A DNA stretch of 64,000 bases from an uncultured delta proteobacterium. GTDB lineage: Bacteria; Myxococcota_A; Polyangia; Polyangiales; Houyiibacteriaceae. The notes beneath the pieces were generated by a model. It was given only the letters and a program-made list of their open reading frames with translations, was not told the DNA's origin and did not search any database. Positions 28,178-38,523 of the stretch are shown one piece after another (the stretch's first letter is position 1; each line of letters begins with the position of its first letter). A program made the translations under genes and the position numbers. The DNA lies in assembly GCA_963699755.1 (NCBI GenBank), contig CAVOVB010000003.1, positions 128,001-192,000 on the forward strand. The letters are read 5' to 3'.

Positions 28178-29236
28178 TCAGACGTCGGTTCGTTCGGTCC
28201 CTGGAAGCTCCAGGATGAGATCCTTGCCGTACGCGGTAGACGGGGTTTGGAACCCTGGTTTGTGCTCGCCGTTGCAGATCTTCTGCGCGATGGCCAAGGA
28301 CATCCGAGCCGTGAGAGTGTAACCCTCTGGTGTGCGCAATCGAGAGACTGCGGTGCGGCCGTCCGCTGTTCGCACCTCGCCCCAGAGCTCGTTGACGGCG
28401 TTCTCACGCGCGGCGTCGTCTGGCCCGGCCGGCCCGGCTTCGATTCGCTTCTTGATCAGGTTCTGCACCGGGCGGGTGCCCAGCAAGGGAAGAAGGGGCC
28501 GGGCAAGCCGCAGAACACGGGCTAGCCCTTGCGGGAACCCCATGTAGACGATGATGTTGGGGATGCCGGTGCTCCTGTAGGCCGTGACGACGTCGCCCCA
28601 GGGGATCGACATGCAGTGTGCCGGCCTGCCGTCGCCGAAATCGACGATGCGGGTTTTCCACGCCGCCGGAACCTGCTCCAACTTGCCGTCGCGACGGATC
28701 GTCCCGCCGCGGTGAACGTTCTGAGCCATCGTCTTGGCAGTGCCATGCGAGACCCCGCCGCCACGTCCGCGAAACGCGAGCTCGAGGTGCGTGGCATCCG
28801 GGCAACGCGACTTCAGATGCGCAGCCAGACAATCGGAGGGCACGACGTCGAACCCCGTCCCCGGGAGCAACATGATGGATGCACGCTTGGCCGCTTCGTC
28901 CATCGCCCAGAGGCCTTCATATACCTCGGCCTCGCCGGTAATGTCGGTGTAGTGCGTGCCGGTGTCGATGCAGGCGCGGGCCATCGGTTCATAAGTCTGC
29001 GCAAATGGACCCGCACAATGGATCACCACGTCCACGTCGCGAAGGGCGTCTCGGATCGATTGTCCGTCGGAAAGATCGGCGGGCACCCAAGCGAACCCGT
29101 AGCGCTCCGCTTGGTCTGCAAGCCGCTCGGGGTTCCGTCCGGAGAGAACCACATCGACGCCGTCTTCCTTTGCGAAGCGCGCGATCAAATTGCCGGTGTA
29201 TCCATACGAACCGTAAACCAGAATCTTGCCAGGCAT
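28178..29236 (-). CDS. Saccharopine dehydrogenase-like NAD(P)-dependent oxidoreductase
   Basis: YGSYGYTG, HCAGPF, HYTDITGE, GFDVVPSD, PGFQTPS. Confidence 0.88.
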   Translation of the reverse strand: MPGKILVYGSYGYTGNLIARFAKEDGVDVVLSGRNPERLADQAERYGFAWVPADLSDGQSIRDALRDVDVVIHCAGPFAQTYEPMARACIDTGTHYTDITGEAEVYEGLWAMDEAAKRASIMLLPGTGFDVVPSDCLAAHLKSRCPDATHLELAFRGRGGGVSHGTAKTMAQNVHRGGTIRRDGKLEQVPAAWKTRIVDFGDGRPAHCMSIPWGDVVTAYRSTGIPNIIVYMGFPQGLARVLRLARPLLPLLGTRPVQNLIKKRIEAGPAGPDDAARENAVNELWGEVRTADGRTAVSRLRTPEGYTLTARMSLAIAQKICNGEHKPGFQTPSTAYGKDLILELPGTERTDV

Positions 29237-29281
29237 CTTGTGTGGGTTCCTTCTAGCACCGGCAGCCGCTAACGGGCAGGG

Positions 29282-31615
29282 CTACTTGGGGCGGCTGACC
29301 CAGAGCACGGCGCCCCGGGCCCCAGCGAGGGTCACGGTCAGGACATCGCCATTCAACTCCGCCGCCATCGACTGACCTGTCTCGGGATCCAAGAGGAACG
29401 CTCCGGTGAATGCACCCCTGATTCGAAGCATGTCGCTGCGCCGCTCGTAGCTTTCGTTGAAAAGGAAGTAGACGTCGCCGTTGCTGACTTGGCGGCGCTC
29501 GACCGATAACTGGAGACCGTCCGGGTCGACTGGGCTGAGGGACGGTGTCACGCCCGCGTTTGCGATTGCCACTGGGACGTCGGACACGGATGGAGCCATG
29601 ATCACCAGTGAACGCAGGCTTTCCACTAGCGCTTCGACCTCGGCGTCTCTCGCTTGGGCGTCGACGAGGCCGTCCGAGCGTTCAGGGAGCTCTCCGATCC
29701 AGACGACAGGGACTCCGGCGTCCGCTGCGCGTTCGATGCCGGCGAGCAGCTCGGGAGCGGCGGCGTGAGCGCCGTCGACCAGGAGCGTTCGATAGGAGCC
29801 TTGTCCGACTCGCAGGACACCCTCGGCGCTCGTCGACGAGGCGAGCGCCGACCGGCTTACCCTGTCGTAGGAGAACCCGGCACGTCGCAGGGCCGTGCTC
29901 GCATCTGACTCCAAGGCGCCAGGCGTCACGCCGAAGCTCACCAAGTTCGCCGCTTTCCAGTCCGAGTAGAGCCACGCAACTTCGGCCCCCGCCGATCCCC
30001 GGCTCAGCGCGTAGCTCAACCTGGCCGCCATGCGATTCAAGGTTGGAAGTGACGTCCAGATGGGCGCTTCAGGGTGGATGTCGAAGCTCAGGTCGATTGG
30101 CCCCGTTGCGAAGGCGCTGTCCTCGAGCGGATGGAACGGGAACCAACGCTGCCCGTCCTGGTGCGCGTAAGGGTATGCGTTCCCGTGATGGACCAGTCGA
30201 TTGATGCCTGCGCTGAACGCTCGGCCGATGACGATGCGCGCTTCGTCTTCGGTCAATTGCCGTGCGCCGAGCGACACCAGAGTTTCGCTGCTGGTGTAGC
30301 GCCTGCCTTCGAGATGGGCGGCGGACGCTGCCAGTCGGAGGAAGTCGTACGAGCCTCCGCCGTAGAGTCCTTCCGATTCGGGCACATCGGCCATCGCGTA
30401 CGCTTCCAAGACATCACCGTATCCGCCGTGCGCCTGCAAGCGGAGCTCGATGTCCCGATCTCGGAGCCAGGTGCGCAAAGGCTCGATCAGCTCCTCCGCG
30501 AACAGTCTGCTTCGGAAGGTCTCGTAGTCCTCCCGCGCACGGAGGCCCCGTTCGTCATCGGCGCGGTAGCGAGCCACGCTCTGGCCGCTGAGGATGTTCG
30601 CGTATTCGGATTCGCCGCCTTCGAAGAATAGGAAGGGGAGGAGGGGCGCGATCTCGTACCCAAGCGAGCTCTCGAACTGCGATGCGAAGTTGCTCGTCCA
30701 AGGCAGCTCGCCCACGAGCTCGAAGCTGTCGACGAAAACGGCGCGAGGCGGGCAGTCAGCCACTGCGTCAATCCAGGCAGCAAACTCCGAGTCGAGGAAC
30801 GCTTCGACACCCCGGCGATCCAAGTGGTCGATCACGCGCGCGTCCTCGAGCTCGCCTGGGTAGGCGCCACCCGCGGGGAAGTGCAAGGTCCTGTTTTCGT
30901 AAATGGCAAAGACCCGATGAGCTCCAGCGGGGACGTCCCAGCTCAGCGTGCCATCCTCCACTTGGGACCAAAGGTCGACGATGTCCCCCAGCGTCGCCGG
31001 CAAGCCTGGCGGCTCGTCGATGAGCGCGGCGCCAAGGACAGCCACCAAGACGAGCTCTTCGTCAAAACCATCGATCGCCGGGAGCACGTTGTTGGTGATT
31101 CCGATCCAAGCCGGCGGCTGCGCAACGGGCAAGGGGCCGCCATAGCTCGACGGGCCGTCGATCGTGAGCTCTGCGGCGATCAGTTGCCGCTCGCCATCGT
31201 CGCCCATACCCACGCCACCGGTGGACCATCCACTTCCAAGCGTGATGTCCCAGTGAAGGCCAAGCTCCTGCGCCGCGCAGGCGGCGGTCCGGAGTCGCTC
31301 GAGAAAAGTCGCGTCGCCGACCCCTCGAATGCGAGCGTCTTCCCGCAGGTCGGCATTCGTGATGGCGGACATGAAAGGCTGAATCTCGATGGCGCTATAC
31401 CCAAGCTCCGCGAACTGGGTCAGCTGGTCCACGAGCGTGGCGTCCTCTACCGAGGCGCCCGGCCACCACCAGCGAGTCTCAGGGCCAAACTCGACGGGCG
31501 GATTGGCGAAGAGCGCTGGGGAGAAAGCGTCGTCGTCGATGCCGCCCGGGCTTGTAGACCCTTTGCAACTCAGAGACGCCAGCAGGAGGCCCGCGATGAT
31601 CAAAGGTCGAAGCAC
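29282..31615 (-). CDS. Glycoside hydrolase family 106 (alpha-L-rhamnosidase-like) lipoprotein
   Basis: Lipobox ASLS-C; RWWWPG, EIQPF, DITLGSGW..GG, FVDSFE, QAHG, DVPESE, AASAAH, GINRLVHHG. Confidence 0.78.
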   Translation of the reverse strand: MLRPLIIAGLLLASLSCKGSTSPGGIDDDAFSPALFANPPVEFGPETRWWWPGASVEDATLVDQLTQFAELGYSAIEIQPFMSAITNADLREDARIRGVGDATFLERLRTAACAAQELGLHWDITLGSGWSTGGVGMGDDGERQLIAAELTIDGPSSYGGPLPVAQPPAWIGITNNVLPAIDGFDEELVLVAVLGAALIDEPPGLPATLGDIVDLWSQVEDGTLSWDVPAGAHRVFAIYENRTLHFPAGGAYPGELEDARVIDHLDRRGVEAFLDSEFAAWIDAVADCPPRAVFVDSFELVGELPWTSNFASQFESSLGYEIAPLLPFLFFEGGESEYANILSGQSVARYRADDERGLRAREDYETFRSRLFAEELIEPLRTWLRDRDIELRLQAHGGYGDVLEAYAMADVPESEGLYGGGSYDFLRLAASAAHLEGRRYTSSETLVSLGARQLTEDEARIVIGRAFSAGINRLVHHGNAYPYAHQDGQRWFPFHPLEDSAFATGPIDLSFDIHPEAPIWTSLPTLNRMAARLSYALSRGSAGAEVAWLYSDWKAANLVSFGVTPGALESDASTALRRAGFSYDRVSRSALASSTSAEGVLRVGQGSYRTLLVDGAHAAAPELLAGIERAADAGVPVVWIGELPERSDGLVDAQARDAEVEALVESLRSLVIMAPSVSDVPVAIANAGVTPSLSPVDPDGLQLSVERRQVSNGDVYFLFNESYERRSDMLRIRGAFTGAFLLDPETGQSMAAELNGDVLTVTLAGARGAVLWVSRPK

Positions 31616-31751
31616 GCTGCCTTTCTAGCAGGTATCGAGCCGGAATGGGTGTCACGAGCCTTCCGGAAGCGCGCTGCGCTCCCTCGTCGGTAAAGAATTG
31701 CGTATGGACATCGATCTGGGGTCGTGGTCTGGTTCGATTCGAGGAGGAGTC

Positions 31752-33293
31752 ATGGGAAGTCATCGCGTCGTGGTCATCGGAACTGGCGCCGGCGGCCTGA
31801 CCGCCAGCGCGTTTCTTGCCAAGCAGGGGTTCGAGGTCATCGCAGTCGAACGCTCGCCCCATGTCGGCGGCCTGCTCAACTCGTTTTCCCTTCAGGGCTA
31901 CGTCTTTGATCCAGGCGTTCACTACCTCGGTCAGTGTGGTCCGGGTCAAGCGATGGATCGCCTGCTCGAAGCGCTCGGCCTCAGCGCCGCCGAGCTGATG
32001 GCAGAGATGGACCCCGACGGGTACGACCTGTACCGCTTTCCGGACTTCGAGGTTCGCGCCTGCCGAGGTCAGGAGGCCTATCGCGATCGCTTGGTGGCGA
32101 TGTTTCCCGGCGACATCGAGGGCATCGACAAGGTGTTCGAAGCCGTTGGCGAGGTGCGCAGCCTTCACCGCGTCCTCGAGCACTTACCGCCGGCAGGCAA
32201 ACCTCGGCTCTCGGATCTCTGGGAGGGGCTCAAGTCCGCGCCTCTGTTCCGGTATGTGAAGGCGACCTACGGGGAGTTCCTCGACCATGCCGTGACCGAC
32301 CCGCGTCTCAAGGCGGTGTTTGCTGCGACCTCAGGCGACTACGGACTGCCGCCGTCTCGGGCATCGGCCATGGTCGGTCTGGCCCTCCTCGAACACTACA
32401 TGGACGGTGCGTATTTCCCGCGGGGCGGCAGCGGCAATTTGCGCGACGCCATCCAACACGTCGCGACCGAGGCAGGTGCGACCTTCCGCACCAGCTCCGA
32501 GGTTCAGCAGATCGAGGTCGAAGCTGAGCGCGTCTGCGGAGTTCGCTTGGCCGACGGTGAGCGCATCGACGCGGACGCGGTCGTCGCGGCGATCGATCCG
32601 CGGCACGTCTTCGCCAGCCTGCTCGCGCAAGAGAAGGTGCCGCACAAGCTTCTAGGGCGCGTACGCGGCCTCGAGTCGTCGATCTCGACCTTGGGCCTGA
32701 ACCTCGGCGTGAACCGCGACCTGCGTGAGATCGGGCTCGGCGCCTTCAACATCTGGGACTACCCCAGCATCGACATCGACGCGCTGCACGATCCCTACCG
32801 ACACGGACGCATGCCCGACGAATTCTTTCTCTTCATCTCGCCCAACTCGCTCAAAGATCCAACCGGCCAGATGGCGCCCAAGGGCAAGACCTCGCTCGAG
32901 GTGCTCACCGGCGCGCCGTTTGGCTTGTTTGGTGCCTGGGCCAACGTGCCGCCTGGGGAGCGCGGCGATGACTACCATCTTCTCAAGAATCGGTTGAGGG
33001 ATCAAATGCTGGCCCAGCTCGATGCGCGATTGCCCGGCGTGGTCGAACATGTCGAGCTAACGGATTTCTCCACGCCGCTGGCCATGGAGGGATGGGTCAA
33101 CGCCATCGATGGTGGGATGTACGGACCTGCACAGACTCCTGAGCAGTCGATGTTCTTCCGCTTTCCGAGCGCCACCTTCTTGCCCAACTTGTTCTTGGCT
33201 GGCGCCGGCGTCTTTGGCGGTGGCGTGCTGCCGTGCTTTCAGTCGGGGCAAGTCGCGGCCGGCATGACCAAGCGCGCGCTCTCCAAGTCGTGA
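31752..33293 (+). CDS. Phytoene desaturase / retinol saturase family FAD oxidoreductase
   Basis: VIGTGAGGL, FDPGVHY, YFPRGGS, STPL, NLFLAG; ATG 31752 after GGAGGAG. Confidence 0.85.
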   Translation: MGSHRVVVIGTGAGGLTASAFLAKQGFEVIAVERSPHVGGLLNSFSLQGYVFDPGVHYLGQCGPGQAMDRLLEALGLSAAELMAEMDPDGYDLYRFPDFEVRACRGQEAYRDRLVAMFPGDIEGIDKVFEAVGEVRSLHRVLEHLPPAGKPRLSDLWEGLKSAPLFRYVKATYGEFLDHAVTDPRLKAVFAATSGDYGLPPSRASAMVGLALLEHYMDGAYFPRGGSGNLRDAIQHVATEAGATFRTSSEVQQIEVEAERVCGVRLADGERIDADAVVAAIDPRHVFASLLAQEKVPHKLLGRVRGLESSISTLGLNLGVNRDLREIGLGAFNIWDYPSIDIDALHDPYRHGRMPDEFFLFISPNSLKDPTGQMAPKGKTSLEVLTGAPFGLFGAWANVPPGERGDDYHLLKNRLRDQMLAQLDARLPGVVEHVELTDFSTPLAMEGWVNAIDGGMYGPAQTPEQSMFFRFPSATFLPNLFLAGAGVFGGGVLPCFQSGQVAAGMTKRALSKS

Positions 33294-33342
33294 CCCAGTT
33301 CGACCGTAGCCCCGTCGCTGAAAAAGGACGAAACTAGAAACC

Positions 33343-35277
33343 TCAAGCGATCCGCAACTCCTCGTGAGTCGGGGCTTGCTCTGGGGAAGGGTCGTTCTTC
33401 CTCCGCTCCCGTTCCTCCAAGATTTCCTCCATCGATTTTGGCCGAAGGTCATCGACGCTGTATGGCAGCGGGTCGATGCCGCGTTCGAGCCAGGCGTGTT
33501 TGCCTGCAAGTAGGTCTAGGCCGACTCGCGTCGCCCGAGCGTCGTCATTTCGCCAAAGTTGGCGGAACAGCGTATCGATGTTTCGACGAGTCTGTCGCGC
33601 GAAGAAGTCGGCGAGGTCTACCGCCTGGGCTGCGTCTTCGGCCCCGTCCTCTTGGAGCTTGTGTGCGTGGCGAACGGTAGCGGATAGCGCGAAGATCTCG
33701 ATGCCAATGTCGACGATCCGAAACAGGAAGCCCTGGCGACGCTCGAGGCCCGGGCCGAAGCGCGCAATCCCGTGGAAGGTGTTGCGCGCGAGCCGCGCCG
33801 ATGCGCGCGACGCGTAGCGCAAGTGTTTCCCCAGCTTCCCGTAGCGCGCAAAGCTTGGCCATAGGCTCCAGCGAAGCCAGCGCGTGGGGTACCACCAGGC
33901 GTAGAACGCGAGGATTTTCGGGAGGGATCCGAGACGTTGCCCGATGCTTGCCTTCGGATCGATGAGCTTGCCGGCCACTTGCAGATGCTTGTCTACGGCC
34001 TCGCGTGCGATGAAGAGGTGCATGATTTCGCTCGTGCCCTCGAAGATGAGATTGACACGGTTGTCCCGCATCGCGCGCTCGATCCCGATACCTGGCTCGC
34101 CACGCGCGAGGAGCGAACGCTCGGTCTCGAAGCCGCGGCCGCCGCGAACCTGAAGGGTCTCATCGGCGAGCTTCCAGTTTCGGACGCTATTCCATTCCTT
34201 GGCGGCCGCCGCTTCCAAGCGGATATCCGCGTCCTCGTGGTCGGCGAGCTCGCCCACCACGTAGGCAATCGACTCCATGGCAAAGGCCGATGACAGGATG
34301 TATGCGTTTTTGTGCGCAATCGCCTCGTGCTTCCCGATGGGGACGCCCCACTGAACTCGAGCGTTCGACCATTTGCGCACGACCTCGACAAAGCGTTTTG
34401 CCGATCCCGAAGTACCGGCGGGTAGACTGAGCCGCCCGGTGTTCAGCGTGACGAGCGCAATCTTGAGCCCGTCGCCGTCGTTCCCGATCAGGTTCTCTTT
34501 GGGGACCTTGACCTTGTCGAAGCTGACGACGCCGTTTGCCAGGGCCCGCAGCCCCATGAAGCGACTACGATGCTCGACCTTGACGCCGGGCCAGTCCATT
34601 TCGACGACCAGGCAGTTGATTCGCTTGTTGGCAGGGTTGCGAGCCATGACCACGATGAGGTCCGCGAGGGTCACATTGGTGCACCAGAGCTTCTGACCAT
34701 TGAGCACGTAGTATTCGCCGTCCTTTGACAGCTCGGCGGTCGTGCCGAGCCTAGCCGGATCGGAGCCGGCCGTGAGCTCGGTGAGCGCGAATGCGGAAAT
34801 GGCACCCTTCGCACAGCGCGGCAGGAAACGCTTCTTCTGCTCTGCCGTTCCGAAGAGCTTGATCGGTTGGGGAACCCCGATCGCCTGGTGCGCCGACAAG
34901 AGCGCGGCGACGTTCCCATCGCTGCCACCAAGGAGTTGCATCACCCGGACGTATTCGGGGTGCGTCAATCCGAGACCGCCGTACTCCTTTGGGATCTTCA
35001 AGCCGAACGCGCCGAGCTCGGCGAGGCCCGCTACGACTTCCGGGGGATACTCGCCGCTTGCGTCGATCTCTGCGGAGTCGACCTCCTCTCGGAGAAAGGC
35101 CGCCAAGCGCTGATAGAACTCCCAAAACTCGGGTCGGTCCGGTTCATCCAGCGCGAGCCGTTCGAGCAGGTCGATCCGAAAGTCCCCGAGAAACACATCC
35201 CGCATGAAACTCTGCCCGCGCCAGGACTTCTCCCTCGACTCTTCTGCGACTTTGCGCGCCTCCTGTGCGTCTACCAT
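33343..35277 (-). CDS. Acyl-CoA dehydrogenase, long (VLCAD/FadE10-like) form
   Basis: FGLKIPKEYGG, AFALTE..AGSD, NGQKLWCTN, LNTGR, RVQWG, QVRGGRG, IFEGTSEI; ATG 35277 after GGAGG. Confidence 0.92.
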   Translation of the reverse strand: MVDAQEARKVAEESREKSWRGQSFMRDVFLGDFRIDLLERLALDEPDRPEFWEFYQRLAAFLREEVDSAEIDASGEYPPEVVAGLAELGAFGLKIPKEYGGLGLTHPEYVRVMQLLGGSDGNVAALLSAHQAIGVPQPIKLFGTAEQKKRFLPRCAKGAISAFALTELTAGSDPARLGTTAELSKDGEYYVLNGQKLWCTNVTLADLIVVMARNPANKRINCLVVEMDWPGVKVEHRSRFMGLRALANGVVSFDKVKVPKENLIGNDGDGLKIALVTLNTGRLSLPAGTSGSAKRFVEVVRKWSNARVQWGVPIGKHEAIAHKNAYILSSAFAMESIAYVVGELADHEDADIRLEAAAAKEWNSVRNWKLADETLQVRGGRGFETERSLLARGEPGIGIERAMRDNRVNLIFEGTSEIMHLFIAREAVDKHLQVAGKLIDPKASIGQRLGSLPKILAFYAWWYPTRWLRWSLWPSFARYGKLGKHLRYASRASARLARNTFHGIARFGPGLERRQGFLFRIVDIGIEIFALSATVRHAHKLQEDGAEDAAQAVDLADFFARQTRRNIDTLFRQLWRNDDARATRVGLDLLAGKHAWLERGIDPLPYSVDDLRPKSMEEILEERERRKNDPSPEQAPTHEELRIA

Positions 35278-35427
35278 CGGGGCCTCCAAACTGCGTATTG
35301 CCGCCGTCTAGTTGAGGGCGAACGTGAAATATCGGCGGCTGGCCACGATTTCACAAGCCTCGAGAACGACCAGGAGCCCAAACCTGCCATGTCGCTACAA
35401 ACTTCCGCCCTAATTGCGGCCTACTCG

Positions 35428-35991
35428 CTAGCGGAAGTTCTGAACGCTCCAGATCTTGCCGTTTGCGGCCTTGGCAAAGCCGCACGCGACGCGCTCGTAG
35501 TCAGGGTTGCTCATGTTGACGTAGTGGCCGTGCTTGGAGAATCGCTTGCCTGGTCCTTCGTCCCACATGGCCTGAAAACATCCCTCGATGACCTCGGCCC
35601 GCGACGGCCAGTCGGGACACTCGTTTTGCGCGAGACCGTGAGGCTTACAGATTCCGCCGTTGAACCCGGCGTGGGGCCCGTGTTTGCTGTCGTGCTTGGC
35701 TTCCTGGGTGGCGCATTGCTCACCTTCTTTCCAGCGCGCGAGCGGTGGCAGACATTGACAGTCCCAGCGGAGCTGATTGATGCGGGCGACGCAGTCCTCG
35801 TAGAGGTTGCCAGTGCTCGGACGCAGAGCGGGCGCGCAGCCTGGGCGCGGTCGGCTCAACGGCCCTTTTCGGCAAGTCTTGCTGGACTGCGCAGCAGCTT
35901 CAGGCCGGAAAGCGTGAGTATCCGGTACGGGCGAGGCCGCGAGACCGCCGAGCAACGCAAGCACCAGCGCCGAAACGGTTCCCCTCGTCAT
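35428..35991 (-). CDS. Secreted CAP/SCP-domain protein
   Basis: Signal peptide; INQLR, AQNE, GHYVNM, VACGF, WSVQNF. Confidence 0.75.
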   Translation of the reverse strand: MTRGTVSALVLALLGGLAASPVPDTHAFRPEAAAQSSKTCRKGPLSRPRPGCAPALRPSTGNLYEDCVARINQLRWDCQCLPPLARWKEGEQCATQEAKHDSKHGPHAGFNGGICKPHGLAQNECPDWPSRAEVIEGCFQAMWDEGPGKRFSKHGHYVNMSNPDYERVACGFAKAANGKIWSVQNFR

Positions 35992-36076
35992 GACTACAGA
36001 CTAGCACTGACGCGCTGCGAGCGCGGCAGCCGCTCGCATCCCGGGGCGAACTGCCCTTCCAAACAGCCCCTCTCCC

Positions 36077-36105
36077 TTGCCAACAATCTCCCGGATCCCT
36101 AGAAT
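36077..36105 (+). promoter_or_regulatory. Sigma70-type promoter
   Basis: TTGCCA-N17-TAGAAT, 80 bp upstream of ATG 36186. Confidence 0.65.
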
Positions 36106-36185
36106 CTCCTCAACGGGGCGTGGCGCGTTGCCCGCCCTTTGAACCCGCTCGGGAGCGTTGAGCCCCGGGCCGTGAGGAGTAGAAA

Positions 36186-36659
36186 ATGCATCCAGGTTTC
36201 TATTATCGATGGAAGCGATCTCAGGAAGATCGCGGTGGCGAGGAGCGCGTTTCCGCTTGTGGGCGCGAGGGCTGGCGGCGGCACCGGCGTTCGCACGGGC
36301 ATCCCGGCGTTCAGGCATCGGGCTTTGGTGTTCGGCGGCCGCTTCGTTACATGGCGCATCGGCTCGATCTCGACGACGAGCAGATCGACACCTTGGCCGG
36401 CATCCTCAACCTGCTCAAAACCGAGCGAGCGCAAGCCCGACTCGACGAGCAACGCAGCATCGCAGGCATTGCCGATGCGGTGGAAGGGGATGAGTTCAAT
36501 GCCGCGGTGGCCGCCGAGGCGCTGAGCGCGCGGGTCGCAGCGGCCGAGCGTCTCAAAGGGGAAGTGCTGACGACCCTGCAAAAGACGCACGAGATGTTGG
36601 ACCCGGAGCAACGCAAGCGCCTCGCGTACTTGCTGCGTTCCGGTCAGCTCACGATCTGA
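36186..36659 (+). CDS. Spy/CpxP-like helical protein without evident signal peptide
   Basis: LTxxQ-like motifs LDDEQ and LDPEQRKR; RBS GAGGAG. Confidence 0.7.
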   Translation: MHPGFYYRWKRSQEDRGGEERVSACGREGWRRHRRSHGHPGVQASGFGVRRPLRYMAHRLDLDDEQIDTLAGILNLLKTERAQARLDEQRSIAGIADAVEGDEFNAAVAAEALSARVAAAERLKGEVLTTLQKTHEMLDPEQRKRLAYLLRSGQLTI

Positions 36660-36694
36660 CGCCGCACGCGCGGTAGATCTGGTATCTCCTTGTC

Positions 36695-37573
36695 GTGAAA
36701 GAAGGTCAGGCCAGCCGCACCGCGGAATACGTGGCGCTGTTTCGGGCGATCGAGTCCTCGCTTCCGGCCAAGCGCCGGCTCTTCGAGGACCCGTTCGCCC
36801 GGCAGTTCCTCGGCCGGCGTCTTGGTCTAGTCGCATCGCTTTGCAGCGTGCCGGGCGTCGCTGATCTCGTTTCCCGCTACATCGACGCTCGATGGGCTGG
36901 CGCCCGTTCCTCGGCGGTCGCGCGAACGCGCCTCATCGATGACGCGATCGCCGACGCAGTCGCTCGCGGCATCGACCAAGTCGTCATTCTCGGCGCGGGC
37001 TTCGACTCGCGCGCCTCTCGGCTCCCTGCCTTGTCCGAGGTGCTGGTGTTTGAAGTCGACCATCCCGATACGCTGGCCAAAAAGCAGGCGGTCCTTCGCC
37101 AAGGATCATTCGATGCGGCCTCCCGCGTGCGTTCCGTCAGCATCGATTTCAAGTCGACCGAACTCGATCGAGTGATGGACGCCGCGGGCTACTCGACAGA
37201 AGCCCGCACCTTCATCCTCTGGGAAGGCGTGACCAGCTATCTCACCGAACCTGCGGTCGATGCGACGCTGCGATGGTGCGCGCGAGCGGCGCCGGGGAGC
37301 CAACTCCTCTTCACCTATCTGCATCGCGCAGTCCTCGACGACCCCCGATCGTTTGCCGGGACCGAGGCCCTCTTTGCCACCTTGAAAGAAGCCGGCGAGC
37401 AGTGGACCTTCGGCTTGGCTCCGGACGAGCTCGAATCATTCCTGCGTCAACGCGGCTTGAAGCTCGAACAAGACATCGGAAGCTCCGAGTACCGGGCCAG
37501 ATATCTGCCTCGAGTCAGCCGAGCCATGCGCGGCTACGAGTTCTACCGAATTGCCGTTGCAAGCGTGTCCTAG
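36695..37573 (+). CDS. SAM-dependent methyltransferase, LCM family
   Basis: SRTA, DPFA, ARTRLID, QVVILGAGFDSRA, FEVDHP, WEGV..YL. Confidence 0.9.
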   Translation: MKEGQASRTAEYVALFRAIESSLPAKRRLFEDPFARQFLGRRLGLVASLCSVPGVADLVSRYIDARWAGARSSAVARTRLIDDAIADAVARGIDQVVILGAGFDSRASRLPALSEVLVFEVDHPDTLAKKQAVLRQGSFDAASRVRSVSIDFKSTELDRVMDAAGYSTEARTFILWEGVTSYLTEPAVDATLRWCARAAPGSQLLFTYLHRAVLDDPRSFAGTEALFATLKEAGEQWTFGLAPDELESFLRQRGLKLEQDIGSSEYRARYLPRVSRAMRGYEFYRIAVASVS

Positions 37574-37596
37574 CCCGGCGAGCGACGGCTCCAAGG

Positions 37597-38352
37597 CTAC
37601 TGCATCTGCAGTGCCGCCTCGTGGACCCGGATCCAAACCAGCGTCGGATAGGGCAGCGTCTTTCCGCTCCTTGTTCGCGGGACAACCCGACGGCGGGTCG
37701 GGAAGACCGCTTTCCCAAACGTTTGGTGGTCGTTGCAGTAGTGCGATGCCACCGCGTAGCGTCCGATGACCTCCGCGTGGTAGTCGTGGCGGCGAAGGCG
37801 CGCTCGCTCGTCGAAGTAGAAGACCTGCTTGGCGTTGTGGGTCGGAACCAGGTCCGAGAACGTTGCACTCATACCGCGCCAAGTCCGGCCCTTGTCGTCG
37901 CAGGAGGCGCCTTCTTTGAGTGCGACGTCACGGCGACAGAGCAGATACGGCGCCGTCAGGTAGTTCCAGACGGCGTATCCAGCGAAATACAACGAATCGA
38001 GGGGATCCCAGTGCAGCTGTTTTCGGATTCCGTGAAAGGATGCCCGCGGATCGTGCCTCTCGGCGAGGACCTTTCCGTCGCGATCCTCGATCCAGACTCG
38101 GTTAGGCTCGAAGCGTCCCGTTTGCCGCGCGTGCGGAAAGTCCCGAATTTCGGTTCGAGGCGAGCGCAAATCGACGACGACCTCGGTTTGGCGGAACAGG
38201 TCCCGCGTGGTGCGCATCAAGAACAGAGCGCCTCCGGTCGACATGACGGCGCGCACCGCCCGCGCCCCATGCCAGGCGGCAAACCCGCCGTGTGCGTCCA
38301 TCACTTCACGGAGCAAGCCCCCAGCAGGCTCGAGATAGGCCCCATCGGACAT
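37597..38352 (-). CDS. Conserved hypothetical protein
   Basis: 'AHGG...W', 'WD.L...YFAGYA.WNYL..P', 'Q.FYFD...LRRHDY' pattern; function unknown. Confidence 0.65.
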   Translation of the reverse strand: MSDGAYLEPAGGLLREVMDAHGGFAAWHGARAVRAVMSTGGALFLMRTTRDLFRQTEVVVDLRSPRTEIRDFPHARQTGRFEPNRVWIEDRDGKVLAERHDPRASFHGIRKQLHWDPLDSLYFAGYAVWNYLTAPYLLCRRDVALKEGASCDDKGRTWRGMSATFSDLVPTHNAKQVFYFDERARLRRHDYHAEVIGRYAVASHYCNDHQTFGKAVFPTRRRVVPRTRSGKTLPYPTLVWIRVHEAALQMQ

Positions 38353-38523
38353 CGAGCTGAGTAGCGCACGAAATTGGCAAACCGATCAAGGCCCCTCGGC
38401 AAGCCACAGGAACCACGGTCGAAATCGCCGCATTCGTTCTTCACGTCAACCTCGATCCAGCCGTGCGTGGGGCCTTCGGCCAGCTAGGATTCGCGGACGT
38501 ATTCGACGCCTTTGTCGCGCCAC

